DNA of 64,000 bases from Bigelowiella natans CCMP2755 (lineage: Eukaryota > Protista > Cercozoa). The stretch covers positions 26,835-90,834 of the forward strand of contig ADNK01003288.1 in the NCBI GenBank assembly GCA_000320545.1, read 5' to 3'. Positions 13,337 to 27,406 of the stretch are shown piece by piece (within the stretch, counting starts at the first letter, position 1; the number at the start of each line of letters is the position of its first letter). A program made the translations under genes and the position numbers. Under the pieces are notes generated by a model. That model did no database searches. It was given only the letters and a program-made list of their open reading frames with translations, and was not told where the DNA came from.

Positions 13337-14978
13337 TCCTCCTCCTCCTCTCCCTACTGCTGGGTAATTTATCACATTGATGTGCTGCATCGTTTCTGGA
13401 TCAATCTCTTCGTAATTGCCAACAGAGTACAGTTTGAGGAAGTTTCTTCTCTGTTGTTCTAATGACGTAGCATACTCAAGCTTTTGATCAACCTGTACAT
13501 GTAGGAGGAAGAATACCATTAGTATAGTGCGTCTTAGCATACTTCTAATAGCGATGATCATCCGACATTATTCACACTATCACTTCCCACCAGTTGTTGT
13601 CGAAGTTCTTTGATCTCATCTTGAAGCTTCTCTTTTTCTCTTAGTGGTCCATATCTGCCATCATCATCATCATCATGCCTTTCTTTCTTTTGCCCCTCCC
13701 CTCCTTCTTCCTCATTCTTTTTGGCTGCTGACAGTTGTTTCGGATGTTGTTGTACTGAACTAATGCGTTTCGGTGATTTCCACCACAAGCCTTTCCCCCC
13801 CCCCCCTCCTCCTCCTCGTGCCTGATCATCTAGAGCTTGCATTGCATGCACAAGACTCTCACTTTTGCGTCGAACGAGCTATCACAGCATGGTGAAAGAT
13901 AAGAAAGAGGAGAAACAGATGAGAGCATTATCATCAGAAGATGAGTGATCATGGTTTGCGCTGCTGCCACTGTTACTATCCTTTGACAGTATCATGTATG
14001 ATTTCCTTGCATTCTTTGACAGCATTATACATGTATGCATGCATGATTTCTGATAATACTTCTTGCTACTACTACTCTAGCTAATACGATTTGCTCATAT
14101 ACCACCACCTCTGTAAGAATCTTGGTCTCCTTCTCCAAACCAGTGCATCTTGCTCTTGTAATCTCTACATGTTTTAACTCACGCTCATATTTTCTGATGG
14201 ACACATTAGCCTGCAAAAATTAAGGATGTCGTAATATTAGGTATTTTAATAATAATGATAATAGTAATAATAATTCGAGGACGTATGAAACATCGGAAGA
14301 AATAGAAATATCACGGAACAATAGTGGGGGTTGTTAGTGAGTCGGTTTGTGAGTTATCAGCGGTGAGGTTTAGTAGTGCGTATGAAGAATATATTGCCTC
14401 TGCAAGCTCCTTTTTGAGAGTCTTATTTCTCTTCGAGATTTCGTCACAGAATTCTTTACGTTTCTATTGGAAACACATATGCTATTATCATCACACAATC
14501 ATTGTAACCAACAATTCTCAGCATCAGAACCGTCGGAAGAATAGTAGTAGATCTGTTGAAAAAGATGATGAGCACTGTTTAAATTGTTAAAGTTATCTAC
14601 TATTTTCGTGCATGTCGAGTGATTCATGTGTTAACTTCGGTCTCCTTCGTCTTCGGGTTCTATAATAATGATAGTACTTTGGCCGCATAGAAAAGAGCAG
14701 CATACTTTTGCACTTGATCAGCCTTGTCTTCTGTCAATTTCTGTATCTTTTTCTCTTTCTAGTGAGCATAACAGAAGAATATACAACAAGGAGGAGTGGA
14801 CATCGCAACTGATTTTCAATAAATAGTAAATTATAGTTACCTCTAAAAGCTTTTCAAAAAGATTTTCAGCAAGAGTTTTTTGTTCCTTAATCAATTGATG
14901 GTGATGATGGAGAAGTTTTTCGCAGTATTCCTTCCATGTTTCCTATGAATGTCGTATAGTAGTGGTGATAGTGTTAGC

Positions 14979-15012
<34 letters not shown>

Positions 15013-15306
15013 CCGATTTTAAGATAAGAACCTTTGTGGTTATCATCATCCAACAATTCTTATTTTGAACTTATACTATTATTACTGCTACGACAAAGAC
15101 CCTGACCACGTCAGTGCTGCATTACTTATTACTATATTTTTTATCAATACCTCATCTTTCTCCTCAGGAGCTTCTTCATCGGCCGCTGGTTTTGCTTCCC
15201 ACGATCTATGGGCATCAGCGTTCATGTTCTTCACGGTACCAACACTGACCGGATGCTGTAGATCTTCTTCTTCCCCTCCCTCAGTTGTTGTCATCGGAGA
15301 CGCCAT
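12950..15306 (-). CDS. Uncharacterised coiled-coil protein, multi-exon
   Basis: Charged helical exons bounded by GT-AG (LIKEQKTLAENLFEKLLE; RKYERELKHVE; EKLQDEIKELRQQL; VDQKLEYATSLEQQRRNFL) and an acidic tail. No family recognised. Confidence 0.65.
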
Positions 15307-15874
15307 CTATGTGAAGAAGATATTAATGTCTTCTTTTGCTAGAGAGGAGCAAATATTGTTTTGGGGAGGCACCTTATCTAGCTTATACCTGCTTCGATCG
15401 AAAAGTATACTCTCATGAAGACATCATCATTATCATGGAGATTGATAATGATCACTTGCTGCATGGGTAGTAGGGGCCACCAATCATTGTTGAGAATGAT
15501 TGAGGTGTTATGAGCGCTGATAAGGATAGAGAAGACCGGTACTTATTATATCTAGATCTATGTTTCAACAAATTTGTTTGTAACGGAACCGGGATCCCGG
15601 TACTTATTTTTCCGTTATAAATTTATATCACCTTAAACAAACCAACTAAATTGTTAGAAAAACTTTTGCGAAAACCATCTAATATTTGACTGGGCAGCTG
15701 ACAACATTTGGATGATTTCCCTGCTAAATTATCTAATTACATCGATATCGAGGTCAATTGTTCAACAATCAATTGGGGTGCAAACCACACTTCTGGCACA
15801 TTTACCAAAATTGAGAAACCATATTTTTCAACAAAGATCTAATCTAAGATAGGAGAACGAAATCAATTTCAAAT

Positions 15875-16030
15875 CAAACAAAACGCATTACATTTTCACA
15901 ATACGTCATCACCAAAACGATTGTCGCTGTCGGTTTTTAGGATGTCCATAATGCAAACAAAACGCATTACATTTTTACAATACGTCATGGTCAATATCAT
16001 TGTCGCTGTTGGCTTACAGCATGACGATAG
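15875..16030. repeat. 79-bp imperfect tandem duplication in a divergent intergenic region
   Basis: caaacaaaacgcattacatttt(c/t)acaatacgtcat...attgtcgctgt at 15875 and 15954. Confidence 0.85.
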
Positions 16031-16302
16031 AACACATCAATGGTTGGTTGATCATCGCAGCAAGATTTGAACAGAACCGCCCCACCCATCATTAATCACT
16101 TATACGCTTCATTTCAAACCAAGTACCTACAACTACAATTGCCCGTGCGCTAACACAAAACTGTAGAGGATCTCAAATTGCAGGGGAAGAAGAAGAAGAG
16201 TTTCCATTTCTCTACCTTGTAGTTTCCCCCTTATTCCTCAAAACCCAACAATTAACGATAGATGTATCACCGATGATGCTGCTGCTGCACGCTTAGACTG
16301 AG

Positions 16303-17585
16303 ATGCTTCAAAAAAGCAAAGAGAAAGAGCACAAAAACGCTATTTCCTCCCCCACTCCGCCATCACCTCCCTCTTCTTCTTCCTCCTCTACCCCCATTGC
16401 AATCCGCGGCAACAACTGCCAGGAGGAGGCGCAAACCGTCTCAAACCCCCAAAACTGTGACCAAGTAGTAGGGGAGGGCAAGAAGCGATGTTGTGAGCAG
16501 AGTGCTGTTACTCGTATTACGCTACTGGTTATTCTTGTGGGACTTCCAGCAAGTGGCAAGACCTCGTTAGCCAAACATATCAAAAGCAAATTATCAGCTG
16601 GTGATGATGATGACGACAATAATAATGGTTGCAAAAGCAACAAAAAGGACGAGCAGCAGCTCTTCCAAAGAGTAGTAACAAATAATCCACGAAAAGAGGC
16701 TGAGATTGGACAACGATCTAAAGATATTAACGAGCATGAAGACACTACCCGTGAGGACTACTCTGTAATAACAAGATGTTTCAAGGAGGTTCAGGTTCAA
16801 CATGTGTGCTTCGACGATATTACCCAGAATAAGATTCAGGAGGAGATCATTATTGATAGTAGTAGTAGTAGTAGTAGCAACACCACTCGTGGTAGTGGTC
16901 CTTCTTCCACAACGTTAGGTAACTTGACATATTTATAAATCACATGAAATTGAATAGAATTGAATCCCCTCTCCTCCTTCTCTCCCCTGCCAATTTATCA
17001 TCACCTCTTGTTATCATAGAACGACGACTGAAAATTAGTCCTCTAAAACCCCACATAAATAATAGTATTGCCAAAGAAGTTTGTATTTTTGGAAACATGT
17101 AACAGAACTATTAATATCTGATATGTTTACCTACTGAACAGACGATGGTAAATGGACTCCTGCATTGTGGAAGCAAAGCAGAGCCACGGCTTTGAAGCAA
17201 ATAGACTCATTGCTAAAAAATGGTAATGGTGATCGTGGTGATGCCTCATTGGCTACCACTTCTTCGCCAGTTGATTTAAAGCGGAGGCATAATCTTCATC
17301 ATCGTCGCACATCACAACAGACGCTGAGATTAGTGATCGCAGATGACAACATGTACGTTATGTTTGTTTGCCCACGATTCATTGATTGCTTACTTCAGGT
17401 GCAAAGTACTGAAGTAGTACTTTGGTTTTGTTTAACGATGATAACCTGTTAGGTATTTTCGAAGCATGCGTTCAAACGTGGTTCAGATTGCGAGACGCTG
17501 TATGTTTTGACTACTCTTCCTCCTCCTCCACCCATCAAATAGAAAATATGAATAATAACCCCACACACACATCATAACATAAATT

Positions 17586-17620
<35 letters not shown>

Positions 17621-18109
17621 AATAAATATGTGTGTGTGTGTGTGTGTGTGTGTGTTATAATATGTGATCCTTTTCTTTGCTCCATAATGAGCAAGAAAGA
17701 CATATATTTAGAGTTTTGTAATTAAAATAGTAGTAGCATATATTTGCATTATTTGCCGAAGCGATAATCATAAATATGCATATAATATGTGTTTGTTTCA
17801 ATCATAGACGGTGCCGGTGTAGCTATGCTTATGTTAGAGACAGAACCCCACTCGTGCATCCTTAGAAATCAAGAAAGGCCAAAATACCAGAGGTAGTCAA
17901 GGAAACGATAAATCAAAAAATGAGCAGAAAGAGGGGATTAAATACATCTTTGCATTTGTTTGCGTGTTGGATATATTTGTGATTTTGTCTTATGTAATAT
18001 CTTTTTTCCTATCAAAAGAGTTTCCACGAATACTATAGAAAAGATGGCAAATTCTCTTCAACCTCCAGACCCCAAAAGGTGATGGATTACGTTTTGCTGC
18101 TGCTACAAT

Positions 18110-18144
<35 letters not shown>

Positions 18145-19196
18145 TGCAGCGGAAGAAGACGATTAGTATTGTTCAAAAGAAGAAGATGAAGTACTGCCTC
18201 GTTTTAGTTGTGATTATGACGATTCAAGAAAACAAGCAACAAACGAGGGGGGGTTAACCCCTCGTTTGTTGTGTGTGTGTGTGTTCTTGCGTGTGTGCGT
18301 GCCTTCTTCTGCTTCATCTATTCAGTTATCCTACATGTATTACGACTACTACTAGTTCTTACAATTTCATTATCATCATCATCATGATCACTATTTCCAT
18401 CATCACTACAATCGATCTTCAGATTTCCGTGGGAGAGAAACACAAGGTTCATAAAAGTGCAACCATATCCAAGAAGAACGTAAGTACGCAGCACTGATAT
18501 CGATGTTTAAGGCAGCTGATGTGACATTTGACATTTTTCTTTTTCTTCAAGTGACTGGAATAAGGTTATAGATTGGAAGTGGCTTCTGACATCATGGAGA
18601 CATGTTCCAATCAATATTGAGAAGGAGGAGCAAAATCGAGTTGTTCAGAAGGTAGTCACCGACAACACATCGTTTGCGTGTGAATTCAAAATTGGGAAGA
18701 AAAATATAAAGCTGCTGCTTTAAATCTAGGCAAAGGGGGTTGAGGCGAATGAAAAGAGTATAGCTCATCAGGTGGGAACATGATCCCATTTTCTCTAAAT
18801 TAAAGCATACATGTGCTGAGATTGAAACCATTCATGTTCCCCAGGCCGAAATGAAGATGAGAAAATGTGTAGGAAAGTACATGTACCAGATGGACAAGAT
18901 CTTAACAACGAAGCAAGTAAGCCCAAATACAAGTATCATCATTTACATGTTATAATGTTGAGGAACGAAACCTTCTATCCCAGGTGAAGAACAAGAAGAA
19001 AGAACTCGGTACTTTCAGTAAGAAGATCAGCCAGATTCGTAAGAACATTCTAAGGCAACTTAAAAGATCGTCAACACAATCACGTAGTATCTCAGTAAAT
19101 AAAGAAGCTGAAGATTCCATCGCCAAGTTGTTGACAGACTACGAAGATGAGATCAAAAGACTTATAGAGTCTTATGATGCAATAGAAAGGGAGTAG
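16303..19196 (+). CDS. PSTK: L-seryl-tRNA(Sec) kinase, multi-exon
   Basis: P-loop VILVGLPASGKT, HVCFDDI, WKQSR, VIADDNM|YFRSMRSNVVQIARR, CILRNQER, LQPPDPK|FPWE. The DDNxYxRSMR motif fits PSTK rather than KTI12. Confidence 0.8.
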
Positions 19197-19279
19197 TATT
19201 TTTGATATTATATTTACGTTGGACTCGATTTCTCCATCCAAGCATCTGGACATATCTTTTGATCTGTAATCCAAGGTGC

Positions 19280-19730
19280 TATTTACATGCCGCGCCGCAG
19301 CCTACAGCTAGACAGCTCTCGAAAAGTCAATGAAATTTTACGTGCTAGCTAGCTAGCGCGTGTAGGGACATGAAGTTTCGTAATGTAATGCATACGTGAT
19401 TAGCATGGTCTTCTAGTCTTGCTAGCTTGCTAGTGACGGCAAGTACATCAGCGCGCGTCAGGGCGAATTTGTCACATCGAGCTCACCCATCTAGCTAGCT
19501 AGTCATCATGCTAGCATGCACGCATTGGACATTGCTATGCTAGATCAACGTACTTCTGTGACTTGTTACAAACTAGATGGGTCTAGAAGTCTGCTAGCTA
19601 GCTAGGACGAGAGGAAGCAGCAAGGCCACATGCATGTCAGATGATGTCTAGACACGTCTAGACGTGTGCACGTGTGCAGCGCTAGAGCGAGACACATACA
19701 TGAATTGCAGGTCTAGAAATGCTAGAATGG
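19280..19730. other. CTAG island 3 (convergent gap PSTK/RAD51)
   Basis: About 22 CTAG in ~450 bp by eye; CATGCTAGCATG at 19507. Confidence 0.85.
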
Positions 19731-19896
19731 TGAGAACAAATATTGATTATCATCCTAATTAAATACAGGGCTTTAGCCTCGCATCATGATAATCTGGCAC
19801 ACGATAGTAATATCCGCAGTAAGAATAAAATATTATAAAAATGTATCATTGGATGTTGAATGACGGCAGTGGAAAAGCATTCCAACTCCCCAAGAT

Positions 19897-21114
19897 TTAA
19901 TCTGCATCCCCAATTCCATCGTCGTTTATTGAGAACATGGCCTCTGATTCGGGTAAACAAGGAGAATCAAAAATCTTACAAACCCTTGTATTTCCTCTGC
20001 CTTTTCGAAGTGATAACCTGACAGGATGTCATAACTTAGAACTAAAGTTGTGCAGATCCGAGAGTGATTATACCTTGTACACGAGGCGTGAGCCATAATG
20101 TTGCCCCCGATTGGTTTTATTGGATTTGAAGCGAACATTGCAGATCCGTCAACACTTGCAACAACTTGGTTCGTAATTATCACTGCAACTCCATATTCAT
20201 CGGCAATACGGGACAAGGCTCGAAGAAATTTTGCTAGGTGCATCTGTCTTGCAGATAATTCGCCCCGCCCGCTATAATCTGTGCGGTACAGAGCCGTGGC
20301 ACTGTCGACAATAATTAAAGCATATCTAGATTCTGTCATCATGGCAGAAGCTTGAATAAGAAGCTGATTTTGGTGGTCGCTATTGTACGCCCGAGCATAT
20401 GCAACATTGTCAAGCACATCTTCCGCTTTTAGACCAAAACGTTCCGCAATTTGAACGATTCGCTCCGGTCTGAAGGTACCTTCTGTATCGATATATAGAG
20501 CTTTACCTTCTCCTCCCCCATCTTCTAATGGTAGCTGAAAATTAAGAATAAGGGTATTGGTACGAATAATAAGAGGCGAATCCAAGAGTTAGGTATACCT
20601 GCGACGTAACGCACAGGGTATGACAGAGCTGTGTTTTCCCAGTGCGAAACTCTCCAAAAATCTCGGTGATCGAGCCAGTTTCCATTCCTCCTTGAAGTAA
20701 TTTGTCCAATTCTTTCGAACCAGTTGTGAGTTTTATCACATCTTGACGACACTTATGGTACTCTGAGGCTGTAGTGAATCCCATAGGAATAAGTTTCGAT
20801 GCCTCATTGAGAAGTTTATCAGCCTTCGCTTCGCTAATTCCTTTGATGGCAGTGAGCTCTTTTCGAGTGGCGTATGCCACTGATTCAACTGTATGGTATC
20901 CGGCTGTACAAGGAAGAAAAATATTCATTAATAAAAGCATTTAGGCAGTAAGATCTGCTAACCCACCAGCAACTAGCTTTTTGACGTCAGAAGCATTTAT
21001 CCCACTGCCTTCAAGTCGATCTATAGGAAGAGGTCCAGTTTCCTCCTCCTCTTCCTCTTCAACTTCGTTATTGTTTTGAAGCTGCTTGCTTTCTTTCTCT
21101 TCTTGTTGTTGCAT
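19897..21114 (-). CDS. RAD51: DNA recombinase RAD51; exons 21114-20967, 20903-20599, 20534-20074, 20017-19897
   Basis: [61 protein letters not shown] and GGNIMAHAS. All three introns are GT-AG and in frame. Confidence 0.97.
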
Positions 21115-21407
21115 GGTGAGGCCTGTCCCTGCCAGATGACTTTTGAGTTCCTCAACCAGAATGCTTGAGAGAGAACGGGGGATTTATTCTAACGTCTTGA
21201 TAAATATCTTGTCACAATACAAAAATAGTGTGTAATTCGATGATTCATAAATCAATTGATATGTGGAAGTGCTTCCCTGCCATAATACATCGGAAAGTAT
21301 CCCATTTAATGATTGCGTCTACTTAGATGATTGAATAATTTACAAAAAAATGTCTACCCAATTTTTTCCAACCGCTACTGCTGTGGTCACAAATCCGCGA
21401 ACTTCAA

Positions 21408-21418
21408 TTGGCGGGAAA
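21408..21418 (-). promoter_or_regulatory. E2F-type site (TTTCCCGCCAA) in the RAD51/MSH6 bidirectional promoter
   Basis: ttggcgggaaa on + matches the E2F consensus TTTSSCGC; it lies about midway between the two ATGs. Confidence 0.6.
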
Positions 21419-21711
21419 GTGTTTCTATTTTGATTTTGAGCGCCCATTGGAAACCGGTTTCAGCACCAAGAGCATTTGATATCCAAGAGAATGATGTTTT
21501 ATTTGTTAGATGAGGTATCAATAATGACTTTTCTAGTCAAGTCGCACTTTGAAGTGCAGTGACTCTTAAAAATATTTTCTAAAAGAAAGATTGAATATAT
21601 TCTGAATCTGTCTGGGAGCTCCCGCGTCGCTATTCTGGAACAGAATTCCATTAGCTCGATCGAGTTTTTCCTTCCCTCACGTTCCTTAAGCTAAATCTCA
21701 TCAATAGAGTC

Positions 21712-24700
21712 ATGAGGACGCTCTTTTCCTATTTTACTAAACCATCTCCCGGCAAGCAAACGCCTAGAAAAGAGAGTGGCGCATCAAGGATGGAGGAGGA
21801 GGTGACACCGGCACCCAAAGGGCACACTTCTGTAAGTGATAAGGCAAGCATTCCTGATACTAAGGGGCGGACCACGCAAAGTACGACTACAGAAATTAAA
21901 AAGCCTATTTTAAGCACTCCAGATTCGGCGGAGAAGGCTAAAAAAATGCCAGAAAATTCAGAGAAAGCGAAGACGACCTCTAAAACAAAAACGAAACCAT
22001 CAAATCGTTCGACACGTAAGCGTAAAGTTATCTCATATAAAGAGGAAGAGGATGATGAGGAGTACATGGATGAGGAAAATCAGGAGGATGATGAAGAAGA
22101 AGCTTATATCCCTCAAGAGGACGCCGAGGACGACGAAGACGTTGATATTGATGATGAGATTTCGGAAGAAGACGAAATAATCAGACCCAGCAGAAAAAGA
22201 AACCGAAAGCTCGCAGGTTCAAGAAGGAAGGTTATAGATGAAGATAGTGAAGATGATGACAATAATGATGCTGTTCACAAAAAGCAAAGGAAGAGATGCC
22301 GAGACGAAGCTTCTATGGAAACAGATGTAGACGAGAAGGGCGAAGAAACATCCAGCCAACCTGATTCGTTGGAGGTTTCTTTACAAAATCCAGAATCTAT
22401 TGAACTCTCAAAATCTAAAGCAAAAGCATTGCGTGAAGCAAAGCGCAATATCGGCTCTGCAGGCGGAGGAGATGAATCTCAGCGTCTATCATACAAGGCT
22501 TGGGACTTTCTAAATCCAAAATTTCGCAAAGATAAAAATGGGAAAAGACCAGGCGAAGAAGGATATAATTCAAACACTCTTCACATTGATAATCGATATT
22601 TCAAGGATATGAGTCCTGCTGAAGCCCAGTACTGGCGGTTCAAGAAAGAAAACATGGATTTCATCTTATTCTTCAAGATGGGAAAATTTTACGAGCTGTT
22701 CGACGATGACGCAGATATTGGAGCTCAAGAGCTTAACCTAAATTACATGTCTGGAAAACGACGACACACTGGTTTCCCTGAGAAAGCGTTTGACAAGTAT
22801 GCCAAAGAATTTATTCGGCTAGGATACAAGGTGGCAAGAGTCGAGCAAGTTGAAACTCCAAAAGAATTAGCTGAACGTAACAAAATTCTTAGAAAGCAAG
22901 GTAAAAAAACGGATAAGGTTGTGCGGAGGGAAATGATTCAGGTCCTGACTCCAGGAACAGTTTCAGACGAAACAATGATAGGCCACAAAGATGCTAATTT
23001 CACAATTTCTATATGTGAGGAAGGGGATAATATAGGCGTGTGCTTCGTTGACACCTCCAGGCTGAAGATCTATGTCGGACAATTCTCAGATGATCATTTT
23101 CGATCTCGCTTGCGCACGTTGCTTTTCCAGTTGAATCCAATGGAGATACTAATGCCGCGAGACTCTCTTAGCAAGCAAGTGCAGCTTATCATTAGAAGCG
23201 ACCTTCCACATGGGGTTAAAAAGAACATTCTAGCACCAGGTTCAGAATTTTGGGATGCTGAGACTACGTGGATGCAAATTAGGGATTCAAAGTATTTTGA
23301 AACCGATGGAGAAGAAAAATTCCCACTTGCTTTATCGGATATTCGTGAGGAAAAGGAAAACCTGGCCGTTTCAGCTATGGGTGGACTGCTATATTATCTC
23401 AGAAAAGTAATGATTGATGAGGAACAATTTAGGGCAGGCACCTTTTATCGCTATAAGGCTTGTGACCCTAAGTATAGACACAACATGATATTAGACGCTC
23501 AGACGCTACAAAACCTCGAAATCCTAATGACTGATCAAGGTACCCGTGAAGGATCTCTTCTTTCTCATGTCGATAGGACTCACACCGCATTTGGAAGAAG
23601 ATTAATCAAAGAATGGCTAATGCGTCCCCTCGTAAGGCTTGATGATATTAATGAAAGACTAGTTGCGGTTGAAGAACTTATGTCTCGTCCTGATAATGTT
23701 CGTGAGATATCCAGCAAGCTCAAGAAATTGCCAGATTTAGAGAGGCTCCTTGTTCGAATTCACGCAAATAGCTTAACAACGGATAAAGGTGCTGTCATGT
23801 ACGAGAACGTGAACGCCAAGAAGGTTCAGCAATTTTTGAAGATTCTGAAAGGTTATCGTGAGAGCTTAAGGCTCATAGAGGCAATTGATGAACCCTTTGA
23901 GTCCAGTATTCTCAAGAAAATAACCACCATTGGAGAAGGACTTCCCGACATCAGAAAAGACCTTGATTTCTTCGACAAGGCTTTCAACAAATCTGAGGCA
24001 GAAGACAAAGGTTTTATCATTCCAAATAAGGGTGTCAATCCTGATTTTGATGAAGCCGAAGCCAAGGCGAAGGATTGTATGAAAAGACTCGAGTCATACC
24101 TTCGCAAACAGCAAGCTCTCTTCAACGATCGATCTATTAAATACAAGCACCTTGGAAAAGAAAAATATCAGCTTGAAATTAGTAATGAAACTCTAAAGCG
24201 TAAGCCAAAGAGCCTCATAGCAAACTGGATGCTCTCTGGATCTTCGAAGAAATACAAAAGGTTTTCAACAACATCAAAGACTTCTCTCTCTCTCTCTCGC
24301 GCGCTCTCTCTCTCTCTCTTTCTCCCCCCTCGTCGAGCGATTCTTCAGTGTCAGAGTATGTCGTTCCCTGTATCTACGTCTAACTGAAGGCTTAATCAAA
24401 TATTGTAAATCGCTGAACTAACCCCCTTTCTAACACCAGATATTTATCGCCCAAAGCACAAGAAATAGCTGCAGAGCTGGGCAATGCCGAACACGATCGT
24501 GATACGATTTTGAACGATGTTTCAAGGAAAATGTTTGCATTGTTTTGTAAAACGCATAGTAAGTGGAATGGAGTTGTCTCTTGCCTGGCGCAGCTGGATT
24601 GCTTGATAAGCCTCTCCATTGTGAGCATGGATCAGACACCTTCAATTAAGCCAGAATTTAAGGACTCCAAGACATCTTTCGTCGGTAAGTAGAAAGACGT

Positions 24701-25432
24701 CTTTCATTCAATCCTGACTCCAACTGCGTATTGTCTTTTGTTTAGTTAACTACACACCTCCTCATCCTCATCCTGCTCATAGAATAATGTGCAAATATCA
24801 ATCAGAAATTAGGGAGGCTGTCCATCCCACAGTTGCAGCGGCTCAGAATATATCAAACACATCTTTCATTCCAAATGACATCGTGATTGGATCTGCAGAG
24901 AATGAAGCAAGGTTTTTACTAGTCTCTGGGCCTAACATGGGAGGTAAATCGACGTTGCTTCGACAAACGTGTGTTACCATCGTCCTTGCGCAGATTGGAT
25001 GCTACGTTCCTGCTGAACATTGCAAGCTCACTCCAGTTGACCGAATCTTCACTCGTGTGGGAGCAAACGATAGAATCATGCAAGGACAGAGTACATTTAT
25101 GGTGGAGTTGCAGGAAACTGGCAATATCTTAAAGCATGCTACTCCACGTTCACTGGTGATTCTGGATGAATTGGGAAGAGGCACATCTACATTTGATGGA
25201 ACAGCTATCGCTTATTCAGTTATTCAGTACCTTCTAGATCAAGTCAAATGCATGAGTCTCTTCTCGACACATTACCACAAACTTCTCGACGAGTTTAAGA
25301 ATGATGAGCGCATTGCTATGTACCATATGGCATGTTCAGTGCAGAAGGAATCGGTCACTTTTCTATATAAGTTTACGAAGGGGGTATGCAAAAGCAGCTA
25401 CGGAATGAATTGCGCATCTCTAGCAGGTCTGT

Positions 25433-25470
<38 letters not shown>

Positions 25471-25652
25471 CCAATTTCTACATTATTTCTGTTCCATTGT
25501 AAAATATTAAAAAAATGGTCTCGTCCTGCATTACTAACTACTCCTTCGTAGGTGTTCCTAAAGATGTCGTGCAACGAGCTAAAGAAATGGCCAGAAAATT
25601 CGAAGAATCATTGAGTGCAGCCCATGGACAACAACAACTGACTGGATGCTAG
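21712..25652 (+). CDS. MSH6: DNA mismatch repair protein MSH6; exons 21712-24260, 24440-24684, 24806-25426, 25552-25652
   Basis: N-terminal PIP-like TLFSYF, acidic linker, FFKMGKFYELF (Phe-X-Glu), ARVEQVETP, GPNMGGKSTLLRQ, STFMVE, DELGRGTST and STHY. A further 3' exon is not excluded. Confidence 0.95.
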
Positions 25653-26023
25653 GAGGCACCAAAAAGTTGTCCTTTTAAAACATAACATACACGGTTTTTC
25701 CCTACGATCATTCGCTGTTCATCCAATAGTGTTTTTATAATGATCATATTTCAAAATGAAAGTCAAGAATTAGTAAATAAAGCGATACGACATAATTTTC
25801 GCACCTACATATACACATAGTAATATACAATATACATAATGTGTTTATTTTGTGGCTATAACACATATGTATCCTTTCTCATCAATGACATTTGACAGTC
25901 CAAACGCATCGAATTAGCATTGTCATTACAGACTCATGCGCAGAATTCGTAATGAAACAAAAGTCCAACGTATTATTCAACATGCGAACGTAATAGGAAA
26001 AGCATATCATGTATAGATGTACG

Positions 26024-26069
<46 letters not shown>

Positions 26070-26089
26070 GCCAACTACGCCAACAAGAC

Positions 26090-26720
26090 TGTGGCCATGC
26101 TAGCATGCCTTGCTAGCTAGCTAGCTTGCAGCAGAGGCTAGCAATGCTGCGCCATGCGCATCTAGACATGCATGCTAGCTACATTGCTGCCATGCCATCT
26201 AGCTTAGCATGTCGTGCATAATAAAAATGATTACATGCTAGACAAGCCTAATGACCATTTTAAAGAAAGCGATTTGCATTGTGTACCTCATGATAGATGC
26301 GACAGCATGCACGCACAGCTAGATGAGGCCATTCTGTAGTAGTGCTGGCATGAGAGCTAATGCAGTTCTGCCCATGCTGCCCTGTCTAGCTATGACTGTC
26401 TAGCTACGTAGTCATTCTAGCTGCGCAATGACGAGTTAGCTAGTTAGATGATGGCTGCATGTCTAGCTAGCTAATCACACATACAGCTAGATAGGCTACT
26501 TTTGCAGACTCCATAGCTTCAAGAACTTGTATTCAAATGATACAATTTGAGCGCTAGTGCGCTGTGGCCGCAGCTTTGCGCAGCTACATTCATTGGGATG
26601 ACGTACAATTGAAAGTTTTAACGCGTGTTCACTATACTACTAGTGCTAGCTAGCTAGTAGTAGTTCATTGCATCCGTCTCATGCATAGCTAGATAGATCG
26701 AAAAGTTAGCGGAAGCATGG
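26090..26720. other. CTAG island 4 (convergent gap MSH6/SGTA)
   Basis: More than 20 CTAG; CATGCTAGCATG at 26096. Confidence 0.85.
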
Positions 26721-26766
26721 ATTCAACATACTGCGACATGGTTATTTGTCATCAAAGTAGTCATGA

Positions 26767-27359
26767 TTACTCTAGCTCTTCAGCATTATCGTAGTTGTTG
26801 TTACTCCCGTCGTTATCACCAGATTGTGTCGCAGCACCGTTGTTACTACCACTTCCATTAGCAGCACCAGGAAACATCATCCCCCCCCCTCCCCCTCCAA
26901 GGCCTCCCATCATAGAACCTAAACAGTAGAAGAAGAAGAAGAAAAACATTTAGCGATTAAAAAGCAGCAATGTTGGTAGTTACTACTGCCATGTTCCTAT
27001 TGTTATGCTGAACGATTGATGGTTGCACAGCTGCTGCTGCTGTTTTAAATGATAGTATATCTTGATTGAAAAAGCATCATCTTGGTTCCTTTTCTTCTTA
27101 TTCTAATTCTCCTTTTACCTAACAAGCCCCCCATCTTGCTCATGAGAAGTGGATTGTTCATGTGCTTCAGGAGTGCTGGCATGCCTCCGTTTGCTATTTC
27201 CTCTAGTATGGGTTGAAGCTCAGGGTCGTCTTTCATAGCTTTAATCTACCACAACACACACACACACAAAACACACACACATAACAACAACAACAACAAG
27301 CGATGATTATGCATGGCGCTATTTAGTTACTAATACATGTTTGTGCTGCTGGAATATAT

Positions 27360-27406
<47 letters not shown>

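Noticed and set aside
19897-25652. Alternative calls DMC1 and MSH3/MSH2
   Set aside because: [23 protein letters not shown] is RAD51-type; GKFYELF plus the PIP-like N-terminus is MSH6-type.
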